The notes under the pieces were generated by a model that saw nothing but the letters and a program-made list of their open reading frames with translations, was not told where the DNA came from and did no database searches. Below, in pieces: positions 19,399 through 28,729 of a stretch of DNA of 32,000 nt. The stretch comes from Mycolicibacterium smegmatis (GTDB taxonomy: Bacteria; Actinomycetota; Actinomycetes; Mycobacteriales; Mycobacteriaceae), in the NCBI RefSeq assembly GCF_001457595.1, contig NZ_LN831039.1:720001-752000 (forward strand), read 5' to 3'. The position numbers were made by a program, and so were the translations under genes. Each line of letters opens with the position of its first letter. Positions within the stretch are counted from its first letter, which is position 1.

Positions 19399-20826
19399 AT
19401 GTCCGAGAACACTGTGATGCCGATCGTCCGGGTGGCCGTGCTGGCCGCCGGAGACGACGGTGGCCGGCTGACCGAGATGGCCCTGCCGTCCGAGTTGCCA
19501 CTGCGCGAGATCCTGCCCGCGGTCCAGCGCATCGTGCAGCCCGCCCGTGAGAACGACGGTGCCGCCGATCCGGCCGCAGCGCCGAACCCGGTGCGGCTCA
19601 GCCTCGCTCCGATCGGCGGTGCGCCGTTCAGCTTGGACGCCACGCTCGACACGGTCGGCGTCGTCGACGGTGATCTGCTCGCGCTGCAGGCGGTCCCGTC
19701 CGGACCGCCCGCGCCGCGGATCGTGGAGGACATCGCCGACGCCGCGGTCATCTTCTCCGAGGCACGCAGGCGCCAGTGGGGTCCCACGCACATCGCGCGT
19801 GGTGCGGCGCTCGCGCTGATCGGGCTGATCCTCGTCGGCACGGGACTTTCCGTCGCCCACCGGGTGATCACCGGGGATCTGCTCGGACAGTTCATCGTCA
19901 GCGGCATCGCGCTGGCCACCGTGATCGCGGCGCTGGCCGTGCGCAACCGGTCCGCGGTGCTCGCGACGTCGCTGGCCGTCACCGCACTCGTCCCAGTGGC
20001 CGCGGCGTTCGCGCTGGGTGTGCCAGGTGATTTCGGCGCGCCGAACGTGCTGCTCGCCGCGGCCGGTGTCGCCGCGTGGTCGTTGATCAGCATGGCCGGC
20101 TCGCCCGACGACCGCGGTATCGCGGTGTTCACCGCGACCGCCGTGACCGGCGTCGGCGTCCTGCTGGTCGCGGGCGCGGCGTCGCTGTGGGTCATCTCGT
20201 CGGACGTCATCGGCTGCGCGCTGGTGCTCCTCGGTCTGATCGTCACGGTGCAGGCCGCACAACTGTCGGCGATGTGGGCCCGGTTTCCGCTGCCGGTGAT
20301 CCCGGCGCCCGGCGATCCGACGCCTGCCGCGCGGCCCCTTTCGGTACTCGCCGATCTGCCGCGCCGCGTGCGGGTGAGCCAGGCGCACCAGACCGGTGTG
20401 ATCGCCGCGGGTGTGCTGTTGGGCGTCGCCGGTTCGGTGGCCCTGGTGAGCTCGGCGAACGCCTCGCCGTGGGCCTGGTACATCGTGGTCGCCGCGGCGG
20501 CCGGTGCGGCGCTGCGCGCCCGGGTCTGGGACTCCGCGGCCTGCAAGGCGTGGCTGCTGGGGCACTCCTATCTGCTGGCCGTGGCACTGCTGGTGGCGTT
20601 CGTGATCGGCGATCGGTACCAGGCCGCGCTGTGGGCGCTGGCCGCGCTCGCCGTGCTCGTGCTGGTCTGGATCGTCGCGGCGCTCAACCCGAAGATCGCC
20701 TCGCCGGACACCTATTCGCTGCCGATGCGCCGCATGGTCGGCTTCCTCGCCACCGGCCTCGACGCGTCGCTGATCCCGGTGATGGCGCTGCTGGTCGGCC
20801 TGTTCAGCCTCGTGCTCGACAGGTGA
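19399..20826 (+). CDS. eccD3: ESX-3 polytopic membrane channel component EccD3
   Basis: 475 aa starting at the ATG at 19399 (MSENTVMPIVRVAVLAAGDDGGRLTEMALP). A soluble N-domain of ~100 aa is followed by about 11 hydrophobic segments. Confidence 0.92.
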   Translation: MSENTVMPIVRVAVLAAGDDGGRLTEMALPSELPLREILPAVQRIVQPARENDGAADPAAAPNPVRLSLAPIGGAPFSLDATLDTVGVVDGDLLALQAVPSGPPAPRIVEDIADAAVIFSEARRRQWGPTHIARGAALALIGLILVGTGLSVAHRVITGDLLGQFIVSGIALATVIAALAVRNRSAVLATSLAVTALVPVAAAFALGVPGDFGAPNVLLAAAGVAAWSLISMAGSPDDRGIAVFTATAVTGVGVLLVAGAASLWVISSDVIGCALVLLGLIVTVQAAQLSAMWARFPLPVIPAPGDPTPAARPLSVLADLPRRVRVSQAHQTGVIAAGVLLGVAGSVALVSSANASPWAWYIVVAAAAGAALRARVWDSAACKAWLLGHSYLLAVALLVAFVIGDRYQAALWALAALAVLVLVWIVAALNPKIASPDTYSLPMRRMVGFLATGLDASLIPVMALLVGLFSLVLDR

Positions 20827-20833
20827 TGCCCCG

Positions 20834-22213
20834 GTGATCCACAAGAGTCTGGGCGTCGTGGCGACGGCCGGTCTGGTACTGCTGATCGGCTGCCCGTCCG
20901 CGGGTGCCGTCAGTCCACCACAGGTGGACCCGCAGATCGCGCCGCCGCCAGGAACCGCGGGACCCGCGCAGCCGATGATGCAGCGCAGCGAGTGCATCAC
21001 GACCTCTGTGCTGCCCGGCACCGACCCGGGTGCGGTGAGCCCGAACCAGTTGGCGCTCAACCTGTCCGGCGCATGGCAGCACAGCCGCGGGGCCGGTCAG
21101 ACGGTCGCGGTGATCGACACCGGTGTGCAGCCCGGCCCGCGTCTGCCCAACGTCGAAGCCGGCGGCGACTACATCGAATCGACCGACGGCCTCACCGACT
21201 GCGACGGGCACGGTACGTCGGTGGCGGGTCTGATCGCCGGTCAGCCCGGCCCGGACGGGTTCTCCGGCGTGGCACCGGAGGCCCGGCTGATCTCCATCCG
21301 CCAGAACTCCCCGCGATTCGCACCCCGCACACCCGGGGCCGACTCTGAAGCAACCAGGGCTGCAAGCGATGCCGAGACCCTGGCGCGTGCCGTGGTACGC
21401 GCGGCCGACATGGGCGCGCGCGTCATCAACATCTCACTGGTGACGTGTCTGCCCGCCGACCGGACGATCGACCAGTCCGCACTCGGTGCGGCACTGCGCT
21501 ATGCGGCGCTCGAGAAGGACGCCGTGATCGTCGCGGCCGCGGGCAACAACCGCGGCGGCGTCTCCACCGGCGCAGCGTGCGAATCGAATCCGCTGCCTTC
21601 GGGCACACCGGGCGATCCGCGCAACTGGAACGGCGTCACGTCGGTGTCCATCCCGTCGTGGTGGCAGCCCTACGTGCTGTCGGTGGGTGCGGTCGACTCC
21701 ACCGGGCAGCCGTCGAGTTTCACGATGGCAGGTCCGTGGGTCGGGATCGCCGCGCCGGGGGAGAACATCGTCTCGGTGAGCAATGCACCCGACGGTGGCC
21801 TGTCCAACGCGTTGCCGTCCGAGCGTGACCGGTTGGTGCCGCTCACCGGAACCAGCTATGCGGCCGCGTACGTCTCGGGAGTGGCCGCGTTGGTGCGCAG
21901 CAAGTTTCCCGATCTCACCGCGCGGCAGGTGGTGCACCGCCTGACCACCACGGCGCAGGGCGCCGCGCGGTCGCCGTCCAATCTCATCGGTGCCGGCATG
22001 GTCGACCCGGTGGCCGCACTCACCTGGGACGTCGCCGATGTCCCACTCGACGGTCCGGCCGCACCCGAGGGCAGGCCCATCGCGGCGCCCCCTGAGCCCG
22101 AACCACGCGACAACACCCCGCGGATCATCGCGTTCGTGGGTACCGGGGTCCTGGCAGCGGCCGTCGGTGCCGCGTTCTACGCCACCTACCGTCGGAAGGA
22201 CAAGACCACATGA
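20834..22213 (+). CDS. mycP3: ESX-3 subtilisin-like serine protease mycosin MycP3
   Basis: 459 aa with a GTG start. Signal-peptide-like N-terminus, catalytic motifs AVIDTGV / DGHGTSVAG / GTSYAAAYVSG, and a C-terminal TM anchor followed by RRKDK. Confidence 0.94.
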   Translation: MIHKSLGVVATAGLVLLIGCPSAGAVSPPQVDPQIAPPPGTAGPAQPMMQRSECITTSVLPGTDPGAVSPNQLALNLSGAWQHSRGAGQTVAVIDTGVQPGPRLPNVEAGGDYIESTDGLTDCDGHGTSVAGLIAGQPGPDGFSGVAPEARLISIRQNSPRFAPRTPGADSEATRAASDAETLARAVVRAADMGARVINISLVTCLPADRTIDQSALGAALRYAALEKDAVIVAAAGNNRGGVSTGAACESNPLPSGTPGDPRNWNGVTSVSIPSWWQPYVLSVGAVDSTGQPSSFTMAGPWVGIAAPGENIVSVSNAPDGGLSNALPSERDRLVPLTGTSYAAAYVSGVAALVRSKFPDLTARQVVHRLTTTAQGAARSPSNLIGAGMVDPVAALTWDVADVPLDGPAAPEGRPIAAPPEPEPRDNTPRIIAFVGTGVLAAAVGAAFYATYRRKDKTT

Positions 22214-23139
22214 CCGCCCGGATAGCGCTGGCATCCCTGTTCGTCGTCGCGGCGGTGCTCGCCCAACCGTGGCAGACCACCACGCAGCGTTGGGTTCTCG
22301 GTGTCTCGATCGCCGCGGTGATCGTGCTGCTGGCCTGGTGGAAAGGCATGTTCCTGACCACCCGGATCGGCCGCGCGCTAGCGATGGTGCGCCGCAACCG
22401 CGCCGAGGACACCGTCGAGACCGATGCGCACAGGGCGACCGTGGTGCTGCGCGTCGACCCGGCCGCACCGGCCCAGTTGCCCGTCGTGGTCGGTTATCTG
22501 GACAGGTACGGCATCACGTGCGACAAGGTGCGGATCACCCACCGCGACGCAGGGGGCACGCGGCGCAGCTGGATCAGCCTCACGGTGGATGCCGTCGACA
22601 ACCTTGCGGCGCTGCAGGCTCGTTCGGCACGAATCCCGTTGCAGGACACCACCGAGGTCGTGGGCCGTCGGCTTGCCGACCACCTGCGTGAGCAGGGCTG
22701 GACCGTCACGGTCGTCGAAGGCGTGGACACGCCGCTGCCGGTGTCGGGCAAGGAGACCTGGCGCGGCGTCGCCGACGACGCCGGTGTGGTGGCGGCCTAC
22801 CGCGTCAAGGTCGACGACCGTCTCGACGAGGTGCTCGCCGAGATCGGCCATCTGCCGGCCGAAGAGACTTGGACCGCACTGGAGTTCACCGGATCTCCCG
22901 CCGAGCCGTTGTTGACGGTTTGCGCCGCGGTGCGCACATCGGACCGCCCGGCCGCCAAGGCGCCGCTGGCCGGCTTGACCCCGGCGCGTGGCAGGCACCG
23001 GCCCGCACTGGCCGCGCTGAACCCGTTGTCGACCGAACGGCTCGACGGCACCGCGGTGCCACTGCCTGCCGTGGTGCGGACCTCGGTGAAGGGTTCAGTC
23101 GAACATGAAGCCGCGCAGGAAGCGGGTCATCCGGCGTAG
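22210..23139 (+). CDS. eccE3: ESX-3 membrane component EccE3
   Basis: 309 aa. ATGA overlap with mycP3, two N-terminal TM segments (IALASLFVVAAVLAQPW, WVLGVSIAAVIVLLAWW) and a soluble C-domain. It is the last gene of the locus. Confidence 0.88.
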   Translation: MTARIALASLFVVAAVLAQPWQTTTQRWVLGVSIAAVIVLLAWWKGMFLTTRIGRALAMVRRNRAEDTVETDAHRATVVLRVDPAAPAQLPVVVGYLDRYGITCDKVRITHRDAGGTRRSWISLTVDAVDNLAALQARSARIPLQDTTEVVGRRLADHLREQGWTVTVVEGVDTPLPVSGKETWRGVADDAGVVAAYRVKVDDRLDEVLAEIGHLPAEETWTALEFTGSPAEPLLTVCAAVRTSDRPAAKAPLAGLTPARGRHRPALAALNPLSTERLDGTAVPLPAVVRTSVKGSVEHEAAQEAGHPA

Positions 23140-24294
23140 GTAGTCCGGCTGGCTCACGTGCAGCAGGTGGTTGCCGGGGAACCAGTGGAACGCACAGCGA
23201 TCCCAGTGCTCCCACAGCAGTTCGGCCTGCTGCGGCGGGGCCAGCCGGTCACCGAGACCGGTGATGATGAGCCGGCGCTCCTTGGCCACCAGAGGCTGGT
23301 AGTGCAGCGGTGACGCGTAGCGGGCAGCTGCCTCGGTCAGCTCTGGATCGGTGTGGGCGATGTGGCGCTCCAACGCCACGAGCATGTTGGCCGGGAACCA
23401 TTCGTCGACCGTCCGGTCCGGTGTCACCACAGGAACATTCGGGATCACGGCCTGGATCCGGTGGTCGACGCTCGCCAGCAGGGCCGAGGTGAAACCGCCG
23501 AGCGAGATGCCCGTCAACGCGATCCGATCCACGCCGGTGAACTCCAGATGGTCCATCACCGAACGGAAATCGTGCACGGCCTGGGCCATGGCCTCGGCGA
23601 AACCGGCTAATCCGTTGGCGAAGTAGCCGTATCCGCTGAACGGCGAGAACCGTTCGGCACGCAGCCCATGGAACGGCAGGGTGTACAGCAGCACGTCGTA
23701 CCCTGCGCGGTAGAACCACGGCAGCGACAGGAACAGGCCGTTCGCGAGGTACGGCGAGCCCATGAAACCGTGGATCACGCACAGCGTGGGATGCGGGCCG
23801 TCGTTGTGGCGCCAGTGCTGCGCACGCACGATGTTGTTGCGAACGTGGCCGCGGCACCGCTCGCGCAACGCCGGGTTGACGGCCCGGAAGCTGCTCTGGA
23901 ACCGGATGTTCTCGACGCGGCCGTGCGCGACCCACTCGGCGACCGGATTTGCCGGGCGCGACGAGACCCGCGGCGGTTCGGTGGGGCGCGGAAAGGATCG
24001 CTCGGGATCTTTGGCCTCGGCCAGGTCGGCGTAGAACCGCATGTGCTCGTGCTCGATCCGCGAATCCCTTCGCCGCAGGATCGTGGCGGCGGTCCTGGGC
24101 AGCATGGAGGCCGCGACCACCGAGGCCACTCCGGTGCGCAACGCGATGTCGGCGGCCGCCGATGCATCGACGATGGCCTTCTGCCGCAGCGTGAGGTCGA
24201 TCCGGCGGGGGAGCCCCCGTGACGTCGCATCGGCACCCGGTACGTCGGGAATCGGGATCGGGGGATCAACCGGATCAACGCTGGACGGCTCCAC
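23095..24294 (-). CDS. alpha/beta-fold hydrolase (Rv0293c-like conserved protein)
   Basis: 399 aa. Nucleophile elbow LTGISLGGFTSALLA and a C-terminal His region WFPGNHLLH. Its 3' end overlaps the eccE3 3' end by 45 bp (convergent). Confidence 0.75.
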   Translation of the reverse strand: MEPSSVDPVDPPIPIPDVPGADATSRGLPRRIDLTLRQKAIVDASAAADIALRTGVASVVAASMLPRTAATILRRRDSRIEHEHMRFYADLAEAKDPERSFPRPTEPPRVSSRPANPVAEWVAHGRVENIRFQSSFRAVNPALRERCRGHVRNNIVRAQHWRHNDGPHPTLCVIHGFMGSPYLANGLFLSLPWFYRAGYDVLLYTLPFHGLRAERFSPFSGYGYFANGLAGFAEAMAQAVHDFRSVMDHLEFTGVDRIALTGISLGGFTSALLASVDHRIQAVIPNVPVVTPDRTVDEWFPANMLVALERHIAHTDPELTEAAARYASPLHYQPLVAKERRLIITGLGDRLAPPQQAELLWEHWDRCAFHWFPGNHLLHVSQPDYLRRMTRFLRGFMFD

Positions 24295-24311
24295 GCCCCG
24301 ATGCTAACGAA

Positions 24312-26066
24312 TCACAGCAACCGGTAGACGGTTGTCGAGCCGATCCTGACGCCCGCGTGATGCGCTGCGACCCAATCGGCGATCTCGCGGGTGTGCGCCC
24401 TGGTGTGGTTCGCGCTGCGAATGACCTCGCCGTGTTGCGGGCGCCCGGCCTCGACGTAGAACGTGACGCGCCGGGCGTGCACGTCGTCGATGAACTCCGG
24501 CAGTGTCGGCACCGGGTCGCCGCGCCACCCGCCGACGGCCATCACGGACGTACCCGAGGCGATCTCCAGCGCCGCTGCCGCCTGTGAGCCGTTCGTGGCG
24601 GCTGACCACGCGGTGGTGGCCGTGGCGAGGAGGTCCGCGAGTTGCCGGTTGGACGCCAGATCACCCAGCCATCCGTCGCCGCGCTCCTGTTGCACCGCCA
24701 ACGGTTGGCTTCCGTGGTGCGGTGTCACTGCCGTGGCCGCGGTGACCACGGCGGTGGGCAGCACCGCGACGACGGCGCACAGCACGGCCGCCACGGGTGC
24801 GGACCGCCGTGCGGCGAGCAGTCCCAGCACGGCAAACGCGGCCGCACCGGCGAACACGGCGAGTTGCCGCGGTGGCGAAAACGCGTTGCGGTGCAACAAC
24901 ACCGAGGCGGTGATCGCGGCCGACGCCCCCAGCAAGGCCAATGCGGCACGGCCGTCGACACGTGCGCGGCGCTGCCAACCCCATACTGAGCCAAGGGCGA
25001 CCAGCGCCCCGACCGCCGGTGCGAGCAGCACGGTGTAGTACGCGTGCACCATGCCGCGCATGTACCCGAACACGATTGCGCCTGAGAGCAACCACGCGGT
25101 CCACATCACCAGCGCGGCCAGTTGTGTGCGGGGCAGGTGGCCGCGCACCGCGAGAAAGGAACCGACCACCGCCGCGACCACGGCCGCGGGCAGCAACCAG
25201 CCGATCTCGACACCGATCTCACCGGTGAACAACCGTGCGACACCGGTGTGTGCGGTGTGCCCACCGCTGACGATGCGGTCGATTCCGTTGTAGCCCAACG
25301 CCAGTTCGAGTTCGTTGTCGTCGGTGGATCCGCCGACGAACGGCCGCTCGCCCGGTGGGACCAGTTGCACCACCACGATCCACCATCCCGCCGCGATCAC
25401 CACGGCCGCCGCGCCGGCCAGCAGATGGACCGCGCGCCGCCGCCACGTCGTCGGCGCGAGCAGCAGATACGTCAGCGCGAAAGCCGGTGCCACGATCAAA
25501 CCTTCGAGCATCTTGGTGAGAAACGCGGCCCCCAGGGCAGCGCCTGCCGCCACCACCCACCACACCGCTGCGGACCCGACTGCGCGCGTCAGACAATGGG
25601 CCGCGGCGACCAGCACAAGCACGAGAAGCGCATCGGGGTTGTCGAACCGGAACATCAACGCCGCGGCCGGTGTGAACGCCAGGACCGCGCCGGCCAGCAG
25701 GGCCCCGGCCGCGGCGTGACGTGTACCGGTCAGCGTGCGCCGCACGGTCGCGTACAGCACCGTCACCGCCGCAACGCCCATCACGGCCTGCGGTGCCAGC
25801 ACGGACCATGGACTCATCCCGAACAACCGCACCGACAGACCGGTGATCCACAGCGCCGCGGGCGGTTTGTCGACCGTGATGAAGTCGTGGGCGTCGAGCG
25901 CACCGTAGAACCACGCCGACCAACTCTGCGCCCCGGCCTGCGCCGCCGCGGCGTAGAAGTCGTTGCCGTAGCCGTTGATCGACAGATGCCACAGGTACAG
26001 CACAGCGGTGACGGTCAGCAGCGTGACCAGGCCCACGCGCTCCCACCGCGAGGTCGTCATGCGCAT
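24312..26066 (-). CDS. GT39/ArnT-like polytopic membrane glycosyltransferase
   Basis: 584 aa. N-terminus LYLWHLSINGYGNDFYAAAAQ...FITVDKPPAALW is typical of family 39 / PMT-ArnT-type lipid-linked sugar transferases. More than 10 hydrophobic segments and a soluble C-terminal domain of ~130 aa. Confidence 0.75.
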   Translation of the reverse strand: MRMTTSRWERVGLVTLLTVTAVLYLWHLSINGYGNDFYAAAAQAGAQSWSAWFYGALDAHDFITVDKPPAALWITGLSVRLFGMSPWSVLAPQAVMGVAAVTVLYATVRRTLTGTRHAAAGALLAGAVLAFTPAAALMFRFDNPDALLVLVLVAAAHCLTRAVGSAAVWWVVAAGAALGAAFLTKMLEGLIVAPAFALTYLLLAPTTWRRRAVHLLAGAAAVVIAAGWWIVVVQLVPPGERPFVGGSTDDNELELALGYNGIDRIVSGGHTAHTGVARLFTGEIGVEIGWLLPAAVVAAVVGSFLAVRGHLPRTQLAALVMWTAWLLSGAIVFGYMRGMVHAYYTVLLAPAVGALVALGSVWGWQRRARVDGRAALALLGASAAITASVLLHRNAFSPPRQLAVFAGAAAFAVLGLLAARRSAPVAAVLCAVVAVLPTAVVTAATAVTPHHGSQPLAVQQERGDGWLGDLASNRQLADLLATATTAWSAATNGSQAAAALEIASGTSVMAVGGWRGDPVPTLPEFIDDVHARRVTFYVEAGRPQHGEVIRSANHTRAHTREIADWVAAHHAGVRIGSTTVYRLL

Positions 26067-26102
26067 ACCGTGCCCGAGCAGGCTGCGAACGGGCTGTGAG
26101 TT

Positions 26103-26990
26103 CTACCGGGACGCCACGCCGAACAGCCGTGCGGCGTTGTCGTGCAGGACGTTGCGGCGCCACGTGTCGTCGATGCCCGGCAGATCGACGGTGTGCCGCA
26201 GCGCGTCGGCGTAGCCGTACGGGATGTTGGGGAAGTCGCTACCGAACAGGATGCGCTCGCCCAGGTCGTACAACCGTGCCCGATCGGCGGGCGGGAACGG
26301 CATCATGGCCTCGGAGAACGGCGTGAACGCCATCGTGGTGTCGAGCCGGACCCCGTCGAATCTCTCGGTCAGGTCCAGGAATTCGCTGTACTCGGGCATT
26401 CCCATGTGCGCGATGATCAGCACCAGGCGCGGATGGCGGGTCAGCAGTTTCTCGACCCGTTCCGGTCCGGTGTACTCACCCGGCGCCGGACCGGAACCGC
26501 AGTGGATCACCACCGGGACCACCGCGTCCTCGACCATGCCCCACACCTCGTCCAGCAACGGGTCGTTGGGGTCGTACGCGCCGACCTGGATGTGCGCCTT
26601 GAAGATCTGCGTGCCCGCGTCGATCGCCTCGGCGACGTAGCGCCCGGCCTGCTCTTCGGGGTAGAACGTCGCGGTCGAGAGGCAGTCCGGCGTGTTGCGC
26701 GCGAACTCGCGCGCCCACTGGTTGAGCCACGTGGCCATATCCGGTTTGTGCGGGTACACCAGCGACGAGAACCGGCGGACCCCGAACTCGCGCAGCGTCG
26801 CCAGGCGCTGTTGTTCGTCGGCGCGGTAGGTGATCGGCCACTCCCGGCCGATCAGCGGGCCCTGGCTGTCGAAGTACTGCCAGACCTTGTCCATGACGTT
26901 CTTCGGCATGAAGTGGGTGTGCACGTCGATCAGGCCCGGAAGCCCCAGGTCCGACCAGATACTACGCACCGCTGCTATCTCGTCCATCAT
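26103..26990 (-). CDS. amidohydrolase-2 family metal-dependent hydrolase/decarboxylase
   Basis: 295 aa. [10 protein letters not shown] (HxH), [18 protein letters not shown] and [11 protein letters not shown] metal-ligand motifs. Confidence 0.8.
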   Translation of the reverse strand: MMDEIAAVRSIWSDLGLPGLIDVHTHFMPKNVMDKVWQYFDSQGPLIGREWPITYRADEQQRLATLREFGVRRFSSLVYPHKPDMATWLNQWAREFARNTPDCLSTATFYPEEQAGRYVAEAIDAGTQIFKAHIQVGAYDPNDPLLDEVWGMVEDAVVPVVIHCGSGPAPGEYTGPERVEKLLTRHPRLVLIIAHMGMPEYSEFLDLTERFDGVRLDTTMAFTPFSEAMMPFPPADRARLYDLGERILFGSDFPNIPYGYADALRHTVDLPGIDDTWRRNVLHDNAARLFGVASR

Positions 26991-27034
26991 CAGCGATGAT
27001 GTCAGTAGCCGCCGAGGGGGGCAGAATCGGCCTG

Positions 27035-27799
27035 GTGTGGAATCCCGAAACCTACCTCAACTTCGCAGATCACCGGGGTCGCCCGTTCTTCGAGCTGCTG
27101 GCGCGCATCGGTGCGCGCACGCCGCGCCGGGTGGTCGACCTGGGGTGCGGGCCGGGCAACCTGACCGAGACGCTGACGCAACGCTGGCCCGGCGCGCAGG
27201 TCGAGGCCTTGGACTCCTCGCCCGAGATGGTGGCCGCGGCCCGCGAACGCGGCGTCGACGCCCGCGTCGGTGCCATCGAGGACTGGCAACCCACGCCCGA
27301 CACCGACGTCGTCATCTCGAACGCGGCCCTGCAGTGGGTGCCCTCGCACCGCGAATTGATCGTGGCGTGGGCTCAGCGCTTGCCCGCCGGTGCGTGGCTG
27401 GCGTTCCAGGTGCCCGGGAACTTCGACTCGCCGTCGCACCGTGCCGTGCGCACGGTCGCCCGAAGCGAGGCATTCGCCGATGCCCTGCGCGACATGCCGT
27501 GGCGCGACGCCCATCAGGTCGACGATCCGCTGGACTACGCCGGCCTGCTCACCGACGCCGCATGCACGGTCGATGCGTGGGAGACCACCTATGTACACGA
27601 ATTGACCGGCGAGACACCGGTTCTCGACTGGATCACGGGTACCGCGCTCACCCAGGTGCGCAGCAGGCTCGACAACACCGCGTGGCAGCGGTATCGCGAG
27701 GCCATCATCCCGCTGCTGGCAGAGGCCTATCCGAGACGGCCGGACGGCATCACATTCTTCCCGTTCCGGCGCGTGTTCGTGGTGGCCCAGATCCGGTGA
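27035..27799 (+). CDS. tam: trans-aconitate 2-methyltransferase
   Basis: I prefer the GTG at 27035 ([21 protein letters not shown]), matching the usual Tam N-terminus as I recall it. The ORF-track ATG is at 26996. SAM motif [13 protein letters not shown], plus SNAALQWVP and [11 protein letters not shown]. Confidence 0.85.
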   Translation: MWNPETYLNFADHRGRPFFELLARIGARTPRRVVDLGCGPGNLTETLTQRWPGAQVEALDSSPEMVAAARERGVDARVGAIEDWQPTPDTDVVISNAALQWVPSHRELIVAWAQRLPAGAWLAFQVPGNFDSPSHRAVRTVARSEAFADALRDMPWRDAHQVDDPLDYAGLLTDAACTVDAWETTYVHELTGETPVLDWITGTALTQVRSRLDNTAWQRYREAIIPLLAEAYPRRPDGITFFPFRRVFVVAQIR

Positions 27800-27804
27800 C
27801 TTGC

Positions 27805-27839
27805 GGAGTTTTTCCGGCGCCTGGCGCATGAAAAACTCC
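27805..27839. terminator. bidirectional terminator-like hairpin between convergent tam and stf0
   Basis: Perfect 10-bp stem GGAGTTTTTC (27805-27814) / GAAAAACTCC (27830-27839) with a 15-nt loop containing GCGCCTGGCGC. It is centred between the tam stop (27799) and the stf0 stop (27848). Confidence 0.5.
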
Positions 27840-27847
27840 ACGAATCG

Positions 27848-28651
27848 CTAGAGGGGCAGGCCGTCGCGTTGGGCATCGCGGCGGTAGCGCTCGACCCATT
27901 CGTCGGAGCGTTGGTCGGCTTGACGTTCCAGGACGGGTTTGGGTGCCAGGCGTGGGTCCTGGCCGAGTGCTTCGAGCACGGTCCCGACCACCTCGGTGAG
28001 ATTGCGCCACAGATACGGGTAGTCGACGTCGATGGGTTCGACGTTCTCCTCGGTGAACCAGGCGCGCCAGCCCTCCTCCTGGGCCCGCAGCATCGTGATC
28101 ACGTGGGCGATGGCGCCCGCGTGGTATTCGGCGCGCGCGTCGCGCACCGGATCGGGCCGACCGCGCCACACGCGCGTCTGCACCGCACGCCAGAACGACA
28201 CGGCCTGGGACACCACGTCGGGCCGATGGATGTGGATGAGCACCGGATCGCTGCCCACGACGTCGCGGATCGCCGACAGCAGGCCCGAACCCGAGCGATC
28301 AGGCAGATCCTTGGCGCGTTGCACCAGAAGCGGCGTCTGGTTCCACATGAGCTTGCCGCCCCACACGCCGTTGGGGGTACGGCCGACGGTCTGGATGTAA
28401 TCGCGCCAGATGGTCGCCGGCGCCAGATCGGGCTTGCCTTCGATGAGCGGATCGAGCAGACGCAGGATCGACTGGTCCTCGACATCGGCGAACCACTCAC
28501 GTGGTTGCGGCGACATGCTGGTGTTGGGCAGGTACTGGAAGAACTCCTGCGGCTCACCTGCCACACCGGTGGCGCGCAGGGACTCCACGAGCAGAGTGGA
28601 ACCGCTGCGCTGAGATGCGAGCACCAGGTAGGCGGTGGGGTGGTCGGACAT
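27848..28651 (-). CDS. stf0: Stf0-type sulfotransferase (trehalose 2-sulfotransferase-like)
   Basis: I prefer the ATG at 28651 ([29 protein letters not shown], with the PAPS-binding loop SQRSGST). The 21-codon extension to 28714 in the ORF track is AT-rich and unlikely to be coding. Confidence 0.85.
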   Translation of the reverse strand: MSDHPTAYLVLASQRSGSTLLVESLRATGVAGEPQEFFQYLPNTSMSPQPREWFADVEDQSILRLLDPLIEGKPDLAPATIWRDYIQTVGRTPNGVWGGKLMWNQTPLLVQRAKDLPDRSGSGLLSAIRDVVGSDPVLIHIHRPDVVSQAVSFWRAVQTRVWRGRPDPVRDARAEYHAGAIAHVITMLRAQEEGWRAWFTEENVEPIDVDYPYLWRNLTEVVGTVLEALGQDPRLAPKPVLERQADQRSDEWVERYRRDAQRDGLPL

Positions 28652-28729
28652 GTCCGGGACTTTAACCGCAGAAAGTTTGCTGCGCCTATTCAGCGGAGCG
28701 TCAAGAGTTTTCACTCATTGTGAGCGAAA

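Noticed and set aside
19192-21060. 622-aa minus-strand ORF spanning espG3, eccD3 and mycP3 antisense
   Set aside because: It is a low-complexity Arg/Gly/Asp-rich translation crossing three well-supported genes, so it is an artefact of GC-rich antisense frames.
25122-26099. 325-aa plus-strand ORF antisense to the GT39-like gene (and similar ORFs at 25219-26163)
   Set aside because: The translation is Arg/Pro/Gly-rich with no hydrophobic or catalytic pattern. The minus-strand polytopic membrane protein explains the region.
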